From a virus (lineage: Duplodnaviria > Caudoviricetes), in IMG/VR virus record IMGVR_UViG_3300038660_000404, positions 1-52,951 of that record: 52,951 nucleotides of DNA; one strand, written 5' to 3'. The position numbers were made by a program, and so were the translations under genes. Within the stretch, counting starts at the first letter, position 1. Every line of letters starts with the position of its first letter. The notes beneath the pieces are model-generated. The model worked only from the letters and a program-made list of their open reading frames with translations, was not told the DNA's origin and ran no database searches. Shown in pieces: positions 45,064 to 52,951 of the stretch.

Positions 45064-45534
45064 GTGGACCCGACAGACCATCACTTGCTTCCGGATGCCT
45101 GGACGCTGGTGGCCTTCAACGCTTCGACCGCCCTGATCGTCACTCCTATTGGTGCACGCCTGAGGGGGCAGTTTGCGGGTGATGACGCCCCGCCGCCGAT
45201 CAGCGATTTTGGCGGGTTTGCTATTCGGGGCATGCGGCTTGTCCGCGGCATTGCACCGTTTCAGGCGCTCTGGCTCCGGGCTGAAGGCTCGCCCGTGACC
45301 GTCAGCGTTTACAAGGGGAACAGCATGTCCGGTGTTGTCTATTTTGGGAAATCGCCATTCCGACCGCGCGCGCTTGGGCCTGTGGAGATCGAAGTGCCTT
45401 ATGTTCCGCAGACCCTCGACGGCGGGGGGCCGGACACCGACTACACTGGGCTTGCCGTGATCGACTGCGGTGGCCCGGTCACAGACCCGGCCTCGCGCAC
45501 GATTGATGGGCGCAGCGCAGGAGAGACGCCATGA
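45064..45534 (+). CDS. Hypothetical fibre-adaptor protein
   Basis: C-terminal LDGGG / IDCGG / IDGR motifs; coupled to the next gene. Confidence 0.6.
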   Translation: MDPTDHHLLPDAWTLVAFNASTALIVTPIGARLRGQFAGDDAPPPISDFGGFAIRGMRLVRGIAPFQALWLRAEGSPVTVSVYKGNSMSGVVYFGKSPFRPRALGPVEIEVPYVPQTLDGGGPDTDYTGLAVIDCGGPVTDPASRTIDGRSAGETP

Positions 45535-46235
45535 GCACCGTATTTGCGAAAATCCAACTGCGCCGGGGAACGGCGGCTGAATGGGCCGCGGCAAACCCGA
45601 TCCTCGATGAAGGCGAGCTCGGCTTTGAAATCGACACCGGGATCACCAAGGTTGGCGACGGCCTGACGGCATACGCGGACCTGCCAGCCTACGCGACCTA
45701 TGATCAGATGATCGCGGCGCAAAAGGCGATTGAGGCAGGCCAGGCGCTGTTGGCGACATTTGGCACCCAGTTGATAGCCGCGCAAAATGCTGCAACCACT
45801 TCTGTCGCCAAGGCGTCTGAAGCCCTTGTGTCAGCTGGCAATGCCAAGGGCTCGGAAGATGCTGCTGAGGTCAGCGCATCGCAGGCCGCGCAAAGCAAGA
45901 TCGACGCCGCGGCATCCGCCGGCCAGGCCGCCGCCTCCGAGGGCGCCTCGGCTGACTCCCAGCAGGCCGCAGCGGCATCGCAGGCCGCCGCCCTTGCCAG
46001 CGAGCAGGCCGCCGCCACGAGCGAGGCCAACGCCGCCGCCAGCAAAACTGCCGCCGCCGCTGCCGCCGCCGTGGTCGAGCCCCTCGCCGACGAGATCGAG
46101 GTGATAGCGAACAACATCGGCACCGTGCAGGACGCCGCCGGCCCGCTCACCGACATCCAGACCGCCATGCTCGAAATGGCGACCGCCTTCACCAATTCGC
46201 AGACGCGGTATGTGTCCGCCGTCGCCTTCTCGTAA
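45531..46235 (+). CDS. Mtd-N/hyaluronidase-N domain fibre protein with Ala-rich coiled coil
   Basis: KIQLRRGTAAEW...NPIL..GELGFE.DT...KVGDG...Y.DLP. Confidence 0.8.
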   Translation: MSTVFAKIQLRRGTAAEWAAANPILDEGELGFEIDTGITKVGDGLTAYADLPAYATYDQMIAAQKAIEAGQALLATFGTQLIAAQNAATTSVAKASEALVSAGNAKGSEDAAEVSASQAAQSKIDAAASAGQAAASEGASADSQQAAAASQAAALASEQAAATSEANAAASKTAAAAAAAVVEPLADEIEVIANNIGTVQDAAGPLTDIQTAMLEMATAFTNSQTRYVSAVAFS

Positions 46236-46247
46236 GGAGCCCCGCCC

Positions 46248-48803
46248 ATGACCGTTGAACAGCAAGTCGACGCCCTCGCGACCTCGGTGGACGACCTTAA
46301 GGCCGCCGTCGTCACGAAGAAGGCCACCCTCGATGCCTCCGTCGTGGACGCGCAGTCCGCCACCGCACAGGCGCAGGCCGCCAAGGCCAACGCGCTTTCG
46401 GCGCGGGATCAGGCCGGGGCCTTCAAGGATGCCGCCTACACCGCCGCGCAGTCGGCCGCTTCGGCCGTCGCCTATCAGGACCTCACCGCGCTGGCCGCCG
46501 AGAAGGCCGTCACGGCGGTCGACGTGTTCATCTACGACACCTCGAAGGACAGCGACGGTGGCGCGTGGCGGCATCGCTGCGCCGGGACCTCGTGGTTCAA
46601 CGAGCCGCTGAACACCGCGGCCCGTGGTGCACGGCGCGAATTCCCTGCGGTGGCCGTCATTGTCGCCGAGAGCCAGACGGTCACGATCTACGACGGCGAT
46701 GATCCGACGCTGCCGATGTGGATGGTTTTCACCCCGTCTGCTGCTGCGGCAACTCCGCAGATTTGGCGCGGCGGTCGGTCGGCAACCTCTTTGCGCGCGC
46801 TGAACGGGATCGTGTGCCTCGGTGTCGGCACGGACGGTCAGGGCGGCGTTGTTCTTATGGACCTCCTCGCAGATAGCATGTCCCGTTATTCTTCCGATAC
46901 GCACACTGGCGGCATCCCTGTTTCTCGGCGCAACGAAGCCGTCACTACGCCGGTACTCTCATCGCAGCGTATCCTCAACGCCATCGTCAACGACGTCGCG
47001 ATGACCGTCCTGACCGATGCGCCTATCTCCACGACGACTGTGCTCCCGGTGCCTACGATTGCATTGGCGTGTGGCCAGAGTGGTCAGCCGAACGGCGGCC
47101 TTTCCATCATTCACAACGACGGACTAATCGTCGATTTGCTCGCCACTTCTGGGGCTGGCGGTTACGCCTGTTTCGCGGTGGACTTTTCCGATGATGGTCG
47201 CCTCATCGTTTCGCACAGTTGGTCTGGTGGGCAACATGCCAGCCTCATCGTCTTGGACGCGTTGCCCCGAGCCGACATAAACAATCCGTTCGGTGCCCCG
47301 TCTAACTGGGGTGGCAGGGTTTACAATGTTGCATCGTTCCCAAGGCTGGCTCCGACCGCGTCCTCCTCGGACTTTTATGTTCGGCGGCTCGGGGCGTCTG
47401 ATGGCAAAGTCGCGCTGCTGCGAGGGTTTCAAGATACCCGTTTCGGCGGCATCACCTTGCTGTCAGAAACCCCAAACCAGCAGGCAAACGGCATGGCCGC
47501 GATGATCCACAAGGATTTCACCAGCGGCTGGCTGCCCGGCGCGATCCGCGGTGCCTTCCTTGCAGATACGGACGACACCGATCTCGTCGGGGCGCAACTG
47601 CTCGCGAACGGATCGTTCGAAAGCGACCTTTCAAGCTGGACCGTGAACCAAGCCACCGCTTGGGTGTCCGGTGCGATGCGGCTTGAAAGCGATGGCAACC
47701 CTGATCCCAACTCTTACTCCGAGATCATCTCGGTTCGCCCCGGCGCGATCTATGAGATCGAAATGCTTCTATCGAACCCCGACATCGTTTCGCGCCAGAC
47801 CTACATCCGCCTTTCCACGACCGGCACACCCGCCGGCGCCATCAACCCGTATATCGGCGGAATGGGTCAGGCTGTGGCGGCCGGGGCTACCGTCACCCGC
47901 AAAACGCTAACGCAGGTCCCCGCAGGCGTGACGAGCGTCCGGGTGTCGACCTCCCTGTCCGTCGCAGCCGGACAGGCTGGGGCGCGCATCGATGTCCGCG
48001 ATGTTGCGGTTCGAGAGGTGGTCGCGGACAGGTCTGTCGGGAACGGAAGCTTGACGATCAACGGCACGATCACCCGGGCGCCGGTCGCCACGGGCGCGGA
48101 GCTGGTCGCCTACAGCGGGTTCTCGGGCGACAACTTCCTTGAGCAGCCCTACAACGCGGCCCTCGACTTCGGGACCGGCGACTTCTGCGTGATGGGATGG
48201 ATGTTCATGCCATCGGTGGTCACGTCGGTCCCCTTTTCAAAAGGCCCTGTCGGTGGGAACCCGCCGCCGTATTTCGAGGTGCAAGTGGCCGGAGGTGAGG
48301 TGCGCTGGGTCGGGACTGCTGGTGCGGGCGCCAAAGCGTTTGGGCCGGCGGTTGCGGGCAGGTGGGCGCACGTTTGCTATACCCGAACCGCCGGCGTCGG
48401 TCGCGCTTACATGAACGGCGTCCTGAACGAAACCGAGGCGGACACCAGCAACTACAACCACAGCGGCACCGACGTTCTCCGCTTCGGCCTTCGGCAGGAC
48501 AACTTCGGCGCATTCAACGGCTCCCTCGCCCTTTGGCGCATCTCCGCGACCGTACCCACCGCCGACCAAATCCGACGCATCTACGATGACGAGAAGCCGC
48601 TGTTCCAAGAGAACGCCGCCTGCACGCTTTACGGCGCGTCGGACGTGGTGACGGCCCTCGCCCACGATCCAGACACCGGGCTGCTGCACGTTGGCACCTC
48701 CGCAGGCCGGTCGGTGTTCAAGGGCCTGCGCCGGGTGGCGAACACGACGGTCCCTGTCGGCGCAGCCATCGCGGCCGCCGGTGGCATGGTCGTCGACGAG
48801 TAA
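46248..48803 (+). CDS. Putative receptor-binding protein 1 (coiled coil, CBM-like and LamG domains)
   Basis: LLANGSF...W (CBM-like), DFGTGDF...W, W.HV...R, YMNG (LamG). Confidence 0.8.
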   Translation: MTVEQQVDALATSVDDLKAAVVTKKATLDASVVDAQSATAQAQAAKANALSARDQAGAFKDAAYTAAQSAASAVAYQDLTALAAEKAVTAVDVFIYDTSKDSDGGAWRHRCAGTSWFNEPLNTAARGARREFPAVAVIVAESQTVTIYDGDDPTLPMWMVFTPSAAAATPQIWRGGRSATSLRALNGIVCLGVGTDGQGGVVLMDLLADSMSRYSSDTHTGGIPVSRRNEAVTTPVLSSQRILNAIVNDVAMTVLTDAPISTTTVLPVPTIALACGQSGQPNGGLSIIHNDGLIVDLLATSGAGGYACFAVDFSDDGRLIVSHSWSGGQHASLIVLDALPRADINNPFGAPSNWGGRVYNVASFPRLAPTASSSDFYVRRLGASDGKVALLRGFQDTRFGGITLLSETPNQQANGMAAMIHKDFTSGWLPGAIRGAFLADTDDTDLVGAQLLANGSFESDLSSWTVNQATAWVSGAMRLESDGNPDPNSYSEIISVRPGAIYEIEMLLSNPDIVSRQTYIRLSTTGTPAGAINPYIGGMGQAVAAGATVTRKTLTQVPAGVTSVRVSTSLSVAAGQAGARIDVRDVAVREVVADRSVGNGSLTINGTITRAPVATGAELVAYSGFSGDNFLEQPYNAALDFGTGDFCVMGWMFMPSVVTSVPFSKGPVGGNPPPYFEVQVAGGEVRWVGTAGAGAKAFGPAVAGRWAHVCYTRTAGVGRAYMNGVLNETEADTSNYNHSGTDVLRFGLRQDNFGAFNGSLALWRISATVPTADQIRRIYDDEKPLFQENAACTLYGASDVVTALAHDPDTGLLHVGTSAGRSVFKGLRRVANTTVPVGAAIAAAGGMVVDE

Positions 48804-48871
48804 ACCGGGCGGGGCGGCACTGACCGTGCTGTGTCACCCCCAATCCATCTCCCCCCATCGAGGACCAAGAC

Positions 48872-51301
48872 ATGACCCTGATGAGCTCGATCTCGAGGTT
48901 GACCACATCGGTCGACCAGCTGGCCGGTGAGGCGAACGTCACAAAGGCGCAGCTGTACGCGAAGGCCGCGCAGGCTGATGCCGAGGTTGTCGCCACGCAG
49001 GTCGAGCAGGCAGCGACCGAGGTGGCTCGGGGCGAGGCGGCAGCGCACGCGACCGACGCCGCCATCCACCTTGCAACCGTGAAAGCCGACGTGACCTATC
49101 AGGGCATCGGGGCGATCCTCTCGGAGAAGGCCGTGACCGCTGTGGAGGTGTTCGTCTACGACACAAGCCTCGACAGTGACGGTGGGGCATGGCGCAAACG
49201 GTGCCAACACACGAGCTGGTATAACGAGCCGCTCAACACCGCCACGCGCGGGACGCGGCGCGAGTTCCCAGCTGTTGCTATGATCGTCTGCGTTGGTAAC
49301 CAGCTTCTTATCTATGACGGTGATGACCCGACGCTGCCGATGTGGATGATTTTTCAGGCATCCGTGAACCTGAACATGCTCGGAAGCGGCGGCGCTGGCC
49401 GCGCGGAAGCCTTGAACGGGACGGTTGTCGTCGTCGGCTCGGGCTCCTTCGGAAACCACTACGCGTTCCATTTCCTGCGCGATGAGGGCGGACGGCACAC
49501 GGCATCGAATACTTTCGGAAAAACATATTCCGGCAACATAGCGGAACGAAACGCGGGCAAGGGATTCAACGGCGTTCCTATGGCTCTGATCCGCGGGGAG
49601 CCGAGCCGCGACGTTTCGCTCATTGTTCTGGCCGATGCGCCAATCGACCCGGCGACGGGCCTGCCAATCCCGACGATCTTTGCTGCCACCAATGCTGGTG
49701 TCAGCGTGATCCGCCACGATGGGACAGTCGCGAACAGCGCCCAGACCGGGAACAGCCTCCGCGTCGAGGCGACCAAAGATGCCTTGTGGTATGGGATTGA
49801 GACGGCCCTCTACGTTGCGACATGGGACCAGATCGCAGCGGGCAGCGGCTTCGGTGTTTTGGCAGCTGTCAATTTTGGACCCACACCCATAACCTCGCCA
49901 GTTCGATTTCACCAATTTTCTGTGGGTGATGACTTTCTTGCTGCCGGTTCTGGAACGGCGATCAACGGAACGGTGCAGGGCTTCGCAAAGTTCAGGGGCA
50001 GCGCGTCCACTATGGGCACTTCGATGCTTGCTCTTGTAACTTCGCGTTACAACACCGGCTTGCTTCCCGGCGCAATCCGTGGCGCTTTTCTTTCGGACAC
50101 TGACGACACCGATCTGATTGGGTCTGGAGAATTGGTGACGAACGGGACGTTTGATACTGATACGGATTGGTGGAATGCGAACGACGGCGCATCGCTTTCG
50201 GTTGTTTCCGGTAGGCTTCGGATAACCTGTGACGTGTCCTATCGTTATGCCTACCAAGTCCTTAATACGCAGGTGGGAAAAACCTACAACCTGATGCTGG
50301 ACGGTTTTGTTGGAACCACAAGTTTCGATGTTTTCTTGGGCACAAGTATTGGGGCTGGAACGCTTGGGACCTCCGGTACTCGCTCCACTGAAGGATTGGT
50401 CGGTATAAGTTTCACAGCCACCTCGTCCACAACATTTCTGCATCTGCGTGCACGGAACGAGACGAATTCAAGCGACGTATATGTCGAGTTTGACAACATC
50501 TCTGTACGCCTTGCCGACACCGACCGCTCCGTCGCCAAAAAGGGTTTGACCATCAACGGGACGATCACGCGAGCCCCGATCGCTCCGGGGGCGGAGCTGG
50601 TGGCCTATAGTGGGTTCTCTGGGGTAAACTATCTAGAACAGCCCTACAATCCTGCGCTGGACTTCGGGACCGGAGACTTCTGTTACATGGGGTGGGTGAA
50701 CTACGCTGGATCAAACCAGCGATCAATCTTTGTTCGGCAAGACCCGGTTACGGGTTTTTACGTAACTATTCTGAGAGCAAATAACCTCAGCGTTAGTTTT
50801 ACTTTTAACAACGGGTTAGGTGGCCTCAGCACAGCCGCTGGCACTCTTGCACTCGGGTGGTCTTTTGTTACTGCTCTGCGCAAAAACGGTGTCGTGCAGA
50901 TATACATAAATGGGCGTTTTGTGCAGTCTGCGCTCTACACTGGCGATGTAAGCCGATCGGGTGCTCACCTAACCGTTGGAGCTTGGATATACCCGGGGGC
51001 ACCGCAAGCTTTCGGTGATCCTCTCGCCTTACTTCGCATCTCCGCCACTGCGCCGACCCCGGACCAAATCCGCAAAATCTACGAGGACGAGCGGAAGCTG
51101 TTCATGCCGGGGGCGCAATGCACACTGTTCGGCACTTCGGATGCCGTGACAGCGCTAGCGCATGACCCCAAGACGAACCTGTTGCATGTGGGCACCAGCC
51201 AAGGCCGCAGCGTATTCGACGGCCTCGTCCGTGTGGCCAATACCGAAACCCCCGTCACGACCGCGATCTCGGCGGTGGGTGGCATGATCGCGGAGCAGTG
51301 A
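48872..51301 (+). CDS. Putative receptor-binding protein 2, paralogue of 46248-48803
   Basis: Same conserved blocks; ELVTNGTF, DFGTGDF, IYING. Confidence 0.8.
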   Translation: MTLMSSISRLTTSVDQLAGEANVTKAQLYAKAAQADAEVVATQVEQAATEVARGEAAAHATDAAIHLATVKADVTYQGIGAILSEKAVTAVEVFVYDTSLDSDGGAWRKRCQHTSWYNEPLNTATRGTRREFPAVAMIVCVGNQLLIYDGDDPTLPMWMIFQASVNLNMLGSGGAGRAEALNGTVVVVGSGSFGNHYAFHFLRDEGGRHTASNTFGKTYSGNIAERNAGKGFNGVPMALIRGEPSRDVSLIVLADAPIDPATGLPIPTIFAATNAGVSVIRHDGTVANSAQTGNSLRVEATKDALWYGIETALYVATWDQIAAGSGFGVLAAVNFGPTPITSPVRFHQFSVGDDFLAAGSGTAINGTVQGFAKFRGSASTMGTSMLALVTSRYNTGLLPGAIRGAFLSDTDDTDLIGSGELVTNGTFDTDTDWWNANDGASLSVVSGRLRITCDVSYRYAYQVLNTQVGKTYNLMLDGFVGTTSFDVFLGTSIGAGTLGTSGTRSTEGLVGISFTATSSTTFLHLRARNETNSSDVYVEFDNISVRLADTDRSVAKKGLTINGTITRAPIAPGAELVAYSGFSGVNYLEQPYNPALDFGTGDFCYMGWVNYAGSNQRSIFVRQDPVTGFYVTILRANNLSVSFTFNNGLGGLSTAAGTLALGWSFVTALRKNGVVQIYINGRFVQSALYTGDVSRSGAHLTVGAWIYPGAPQAFGDPLALLRISATAPTPDQIRKIYEDERKLFMPGAQCTLFGTSDAVTALAHDPKTNLLHVGTSQGRSVFDGLVRVANTETPVTTAISAVGGMIAEQ

Positions 51302-51305
51302 AACC

Positions 51306-51605
51306 ATGACTGTGAACATCGAGAAACCGGCCCTGAACCTTCGTGAGGAACTTTCAATGCTCAGGGCGAAGGTCGCCGCTGGCGTCGCGCAGGAGGCCTT
51401 CTGGTTTTCTGGCACTGGCGCACTGACTGCCTTCGCGCTGCCGCGGGGATGGAAACCCAAGTTCGTCTACGTGGACGGCGCGCTAAAGCGGCCTGGCACC
51501 GGCGAGGACTATACCGTCAGCTACGACGGCTTCATCTATTCGCTGATTTTCGCGGTAGCTCCGGCCACGGTGGACGTGGGCGTAATCTGCGTGCGGGAGG
51601 TCTGA
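51306..51605 (+). CDS. Small beta-rich virion accessory protein
   Basis: VYVDG......DYTV......F.VAP pattern. Confidence 0.65.
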   Translation: MTVNIEKPALNLREELSMLRAKVAAGVAQEAFWFSGTGALTAFALPRGWKPKFVYVDGALKRPGTGEDYTVSYDGFIYSLIFAVAPATVDVGVICVREV

Positions 51606-51608
51606 TCC

Positions 51609-52232
51609 ATGACGGTATTCATCCAGAAGGGCGATGCGCCCCTGAGCGTGCGGCAGGCGACCAAGCGCGGCATGTCTTTTGTCGCGTCCGATCTTGCCCT
51701 GGCGGGCGCGCGCAGGGGTGATGAGGAATTATTGCGCGTTATCCCGCACGACAATTTGCCCGCCAGGCTCTTGGATGTTGTGCAGGCACTTGGGCACGTC
51801 TCCTACGAGGCCTTCGCTCTGGGCTGGGAAGCCGACAACTTCGTCAACGGGGAGCACAACCTGTTCAACCACCAGCTCGTGGCTTACCGGGCAGCGCAGG
51901 CACGTCTGGTGCGTTATCGGCTGGCCGTCGGGCGGGCCGAGATCACCGCAGAGCAGCAGGCGCTCGACGAGCAGGGGCAGCCCGTGTTCAACCAGACGAC
52001 CGGCGAGCCGGTGATGGAGGGCGTGGTCGTGCAGGCTGTGGTCGATCCGCTTCCTGAAGAGATCGAGCAGCTGGTTTACGAAGAGACGACCGGTGAGCAA
52101 ACCGGGACGATAATGGTGCCAAACCCGGAGGTCGTCCGAGACGATGCCGAGCGCGCTGCGGCTCAGGCCGTTATTGACAGCACGCCGGTCGACGTCATCG
52201 CATTTGCCGAAGCCCACGAGGTGGGACCATGA
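51609..52232 (+). CDS. Hypothetical protein (possible fibre chaperone)
   Basis: GGAGG RBS; acidic; D.AERAAAQAVI..TP. Confidence 0.65.
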   Translation: MTVFIQKGDAPLSVRQATKRGMSFVASDLALAGARRGDEELLRVIPHDNLPARLLDVVQALGHVSYEAFALGWEADNFVNGEHNLFNHQLVAYRAAQARLVRYRLAVGRAEITAEQQALDEQGQPVFNQTTGEPVMEGVVVQAVVDPLPEEIEQLVYEETTGEQTGTIMVPNPEVVRDDAERAAAQAVIDSTPVDVIAFAEAHEVGP

Positions 52233-52951
52233 CGTCAAAGCTGCTCAGCAAACGCTCCGCCGTGCCCGGAAAGGTGCCAACAACGGCACAGATCGATCTC
52301 GGGGAATTGGCCATCAACACCCGCGATGGCAAACTCTATCTCAAACGCGATAACGGCAACGGCACTTTCACAATCGTGGAGTTGGGAACCGTCCGTTCCG
52401 TGGCGGGCAAGACGGGGGAGGTCATCCTGACCGCAACAGATGTTGGCCTTGGGCAGGTGAACAACACGGCCGATCGGGACAAGCCGGTCTCCACCGCCAT
52501 GCAGAGCGCGCTGGAGGCCATGGTCAGTGGCAGCCGCCGTGTTGAAACTGGCATTGGCCTCACGGGCGGCGGTGATCTCGCTGCCAATCGCACCATCGCT
52601 GCAGATATCGCGAGTTTGGCCGAGGCGCGCGCTGGTGCTGCAGTCGAAAAGCTCATGAGCGCCGCCTCGGTCGAGCAGCATATGCTGGCCAATGCAATTG
52701 GCTGGGGCCAATCTTGGTCACAGGTCAACCGACAGGGTGGTGCCGAATACCTCAATGAAACCGGCCGTCCGATCCTGATCTCCTATCATGACACATCTTC
52801 TTCCCAGTGCAGGTTGTCCGGCGCCGCCCCGGGCGCGGGTTGGACCGTGATTGCCGCCGCCCGATACGGTGTCAGCGCAACAGTCATCATTCCAGCAGGC
52901 TGGCGGTATACGTTCAGTTACACGCCGGATTATGTTGCGATATTATTGTGA
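52229..52951 (+). CDS. Short tail-fibre protein
   Basis: KRS.VPGKVP......GELAIN..DGKLY; SVAGKTG.V.L...DVGL..V.NT.D.DKP.S; GLTGGGDL; Y.N.TGRPI. Confidence 0.8.
   Translation: MTSKLLSKRSAVPGKVPTTAQIDLGELAINTRDGKLYLKRDNGNGTFTIVELGTVRSVAGKTGEVILTATDVGLGQVNNTADRDKPVSTAMQSALEAMVSGSRRVETGIGLTGGGDLAANRTIAADIASLAEARAGAAVEKLMSAASVEQHMLANAIGWGQSWSQVNRQGGAEYLNETGRPILISYHDTSSSQCRLSGAAPGAGWTVIAAARYGVSATVIIPAGWRYTFSYTPDYVAILL

Larger units (their letters stand above)
1..52951. mobile_element. Temperate prophage, lambda-like head and P2-like contractile tail, serine integrase
   Basis: Ordered integration, immunity, replication, packaging, head, tail, lysis and fibre modules fill the window; ends (att) not visible. 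Confidence 0.95.

Noticed and set aside
45780-46075. GCC-rich repetitive DNA
   Set aside because: Explained by Ala-rich coiled-coil coding
45531-52951. Diversity-generating retroelement, suggested by the Mtd-N domain and paralogous repeats
   Set aside because: No reverse transcriptase ORF; differences between repeats are mostly synonymous and not adenine-specific
46248-52951. Invertible tail-fibre shufflon
   Set aside because: All genes are on one strand, with no inverted crossover sites or small invertase seen; the only recombinase is integrase-type
1-52951. CRISPR array, tRNA or rRNA genes
   Set aside because: No regularly spaced repeat-spacer run or cloverleaf recognised by eye; a tRNAscan/Infernal run would be needed to exclude them fully

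Overview
The window is essentially one GC-rich temperate prophage of alphaproteobacterial (Rhodobacteraceae-like) type. It runs from stop codon to stop codon and no att sites are visible. Left to right: (1) integration module (small ORF, DUF2924, large serine recombinase, accessory ORF); (2) leftward early operon with RecT and a LexA DNA-binding-domain-only protein; (3) lambda-like immunity region with a short non-cleavable CI, Cro, five 17-bp operators and two alphaproteobacterial SOS-box matches; (4) rightward early/replication operon (ParB-N protein, RuvC, O-like initiator with iterons); (5) late promoter, a gpZ-like gene and a lambda-like cos site; (6) a 5-kb cargo block with two DNA methyltransferases, a Phd-RelE/ParE TA pair, DUF3489 and small leftward ORFs; (7) lambda-like head genes, with an intein in the GpA terminase; (8) P2-like contractile tail and baseplate; (9) lysis genes; (10) a terminal block of tail-fibre and LamG receptor-binding genes. 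The most striking observation is a cytosine methyltransferase locus read in two fully overlapping frames (393 and 396 aa), with motif IX and five WPTP repeats in the second frame. Also notable are a candidate SOS-controlled antirepressor circuit and a candidate branched, modular receptor-binding apparatus. All family calls come from motif recognition, not database searches.
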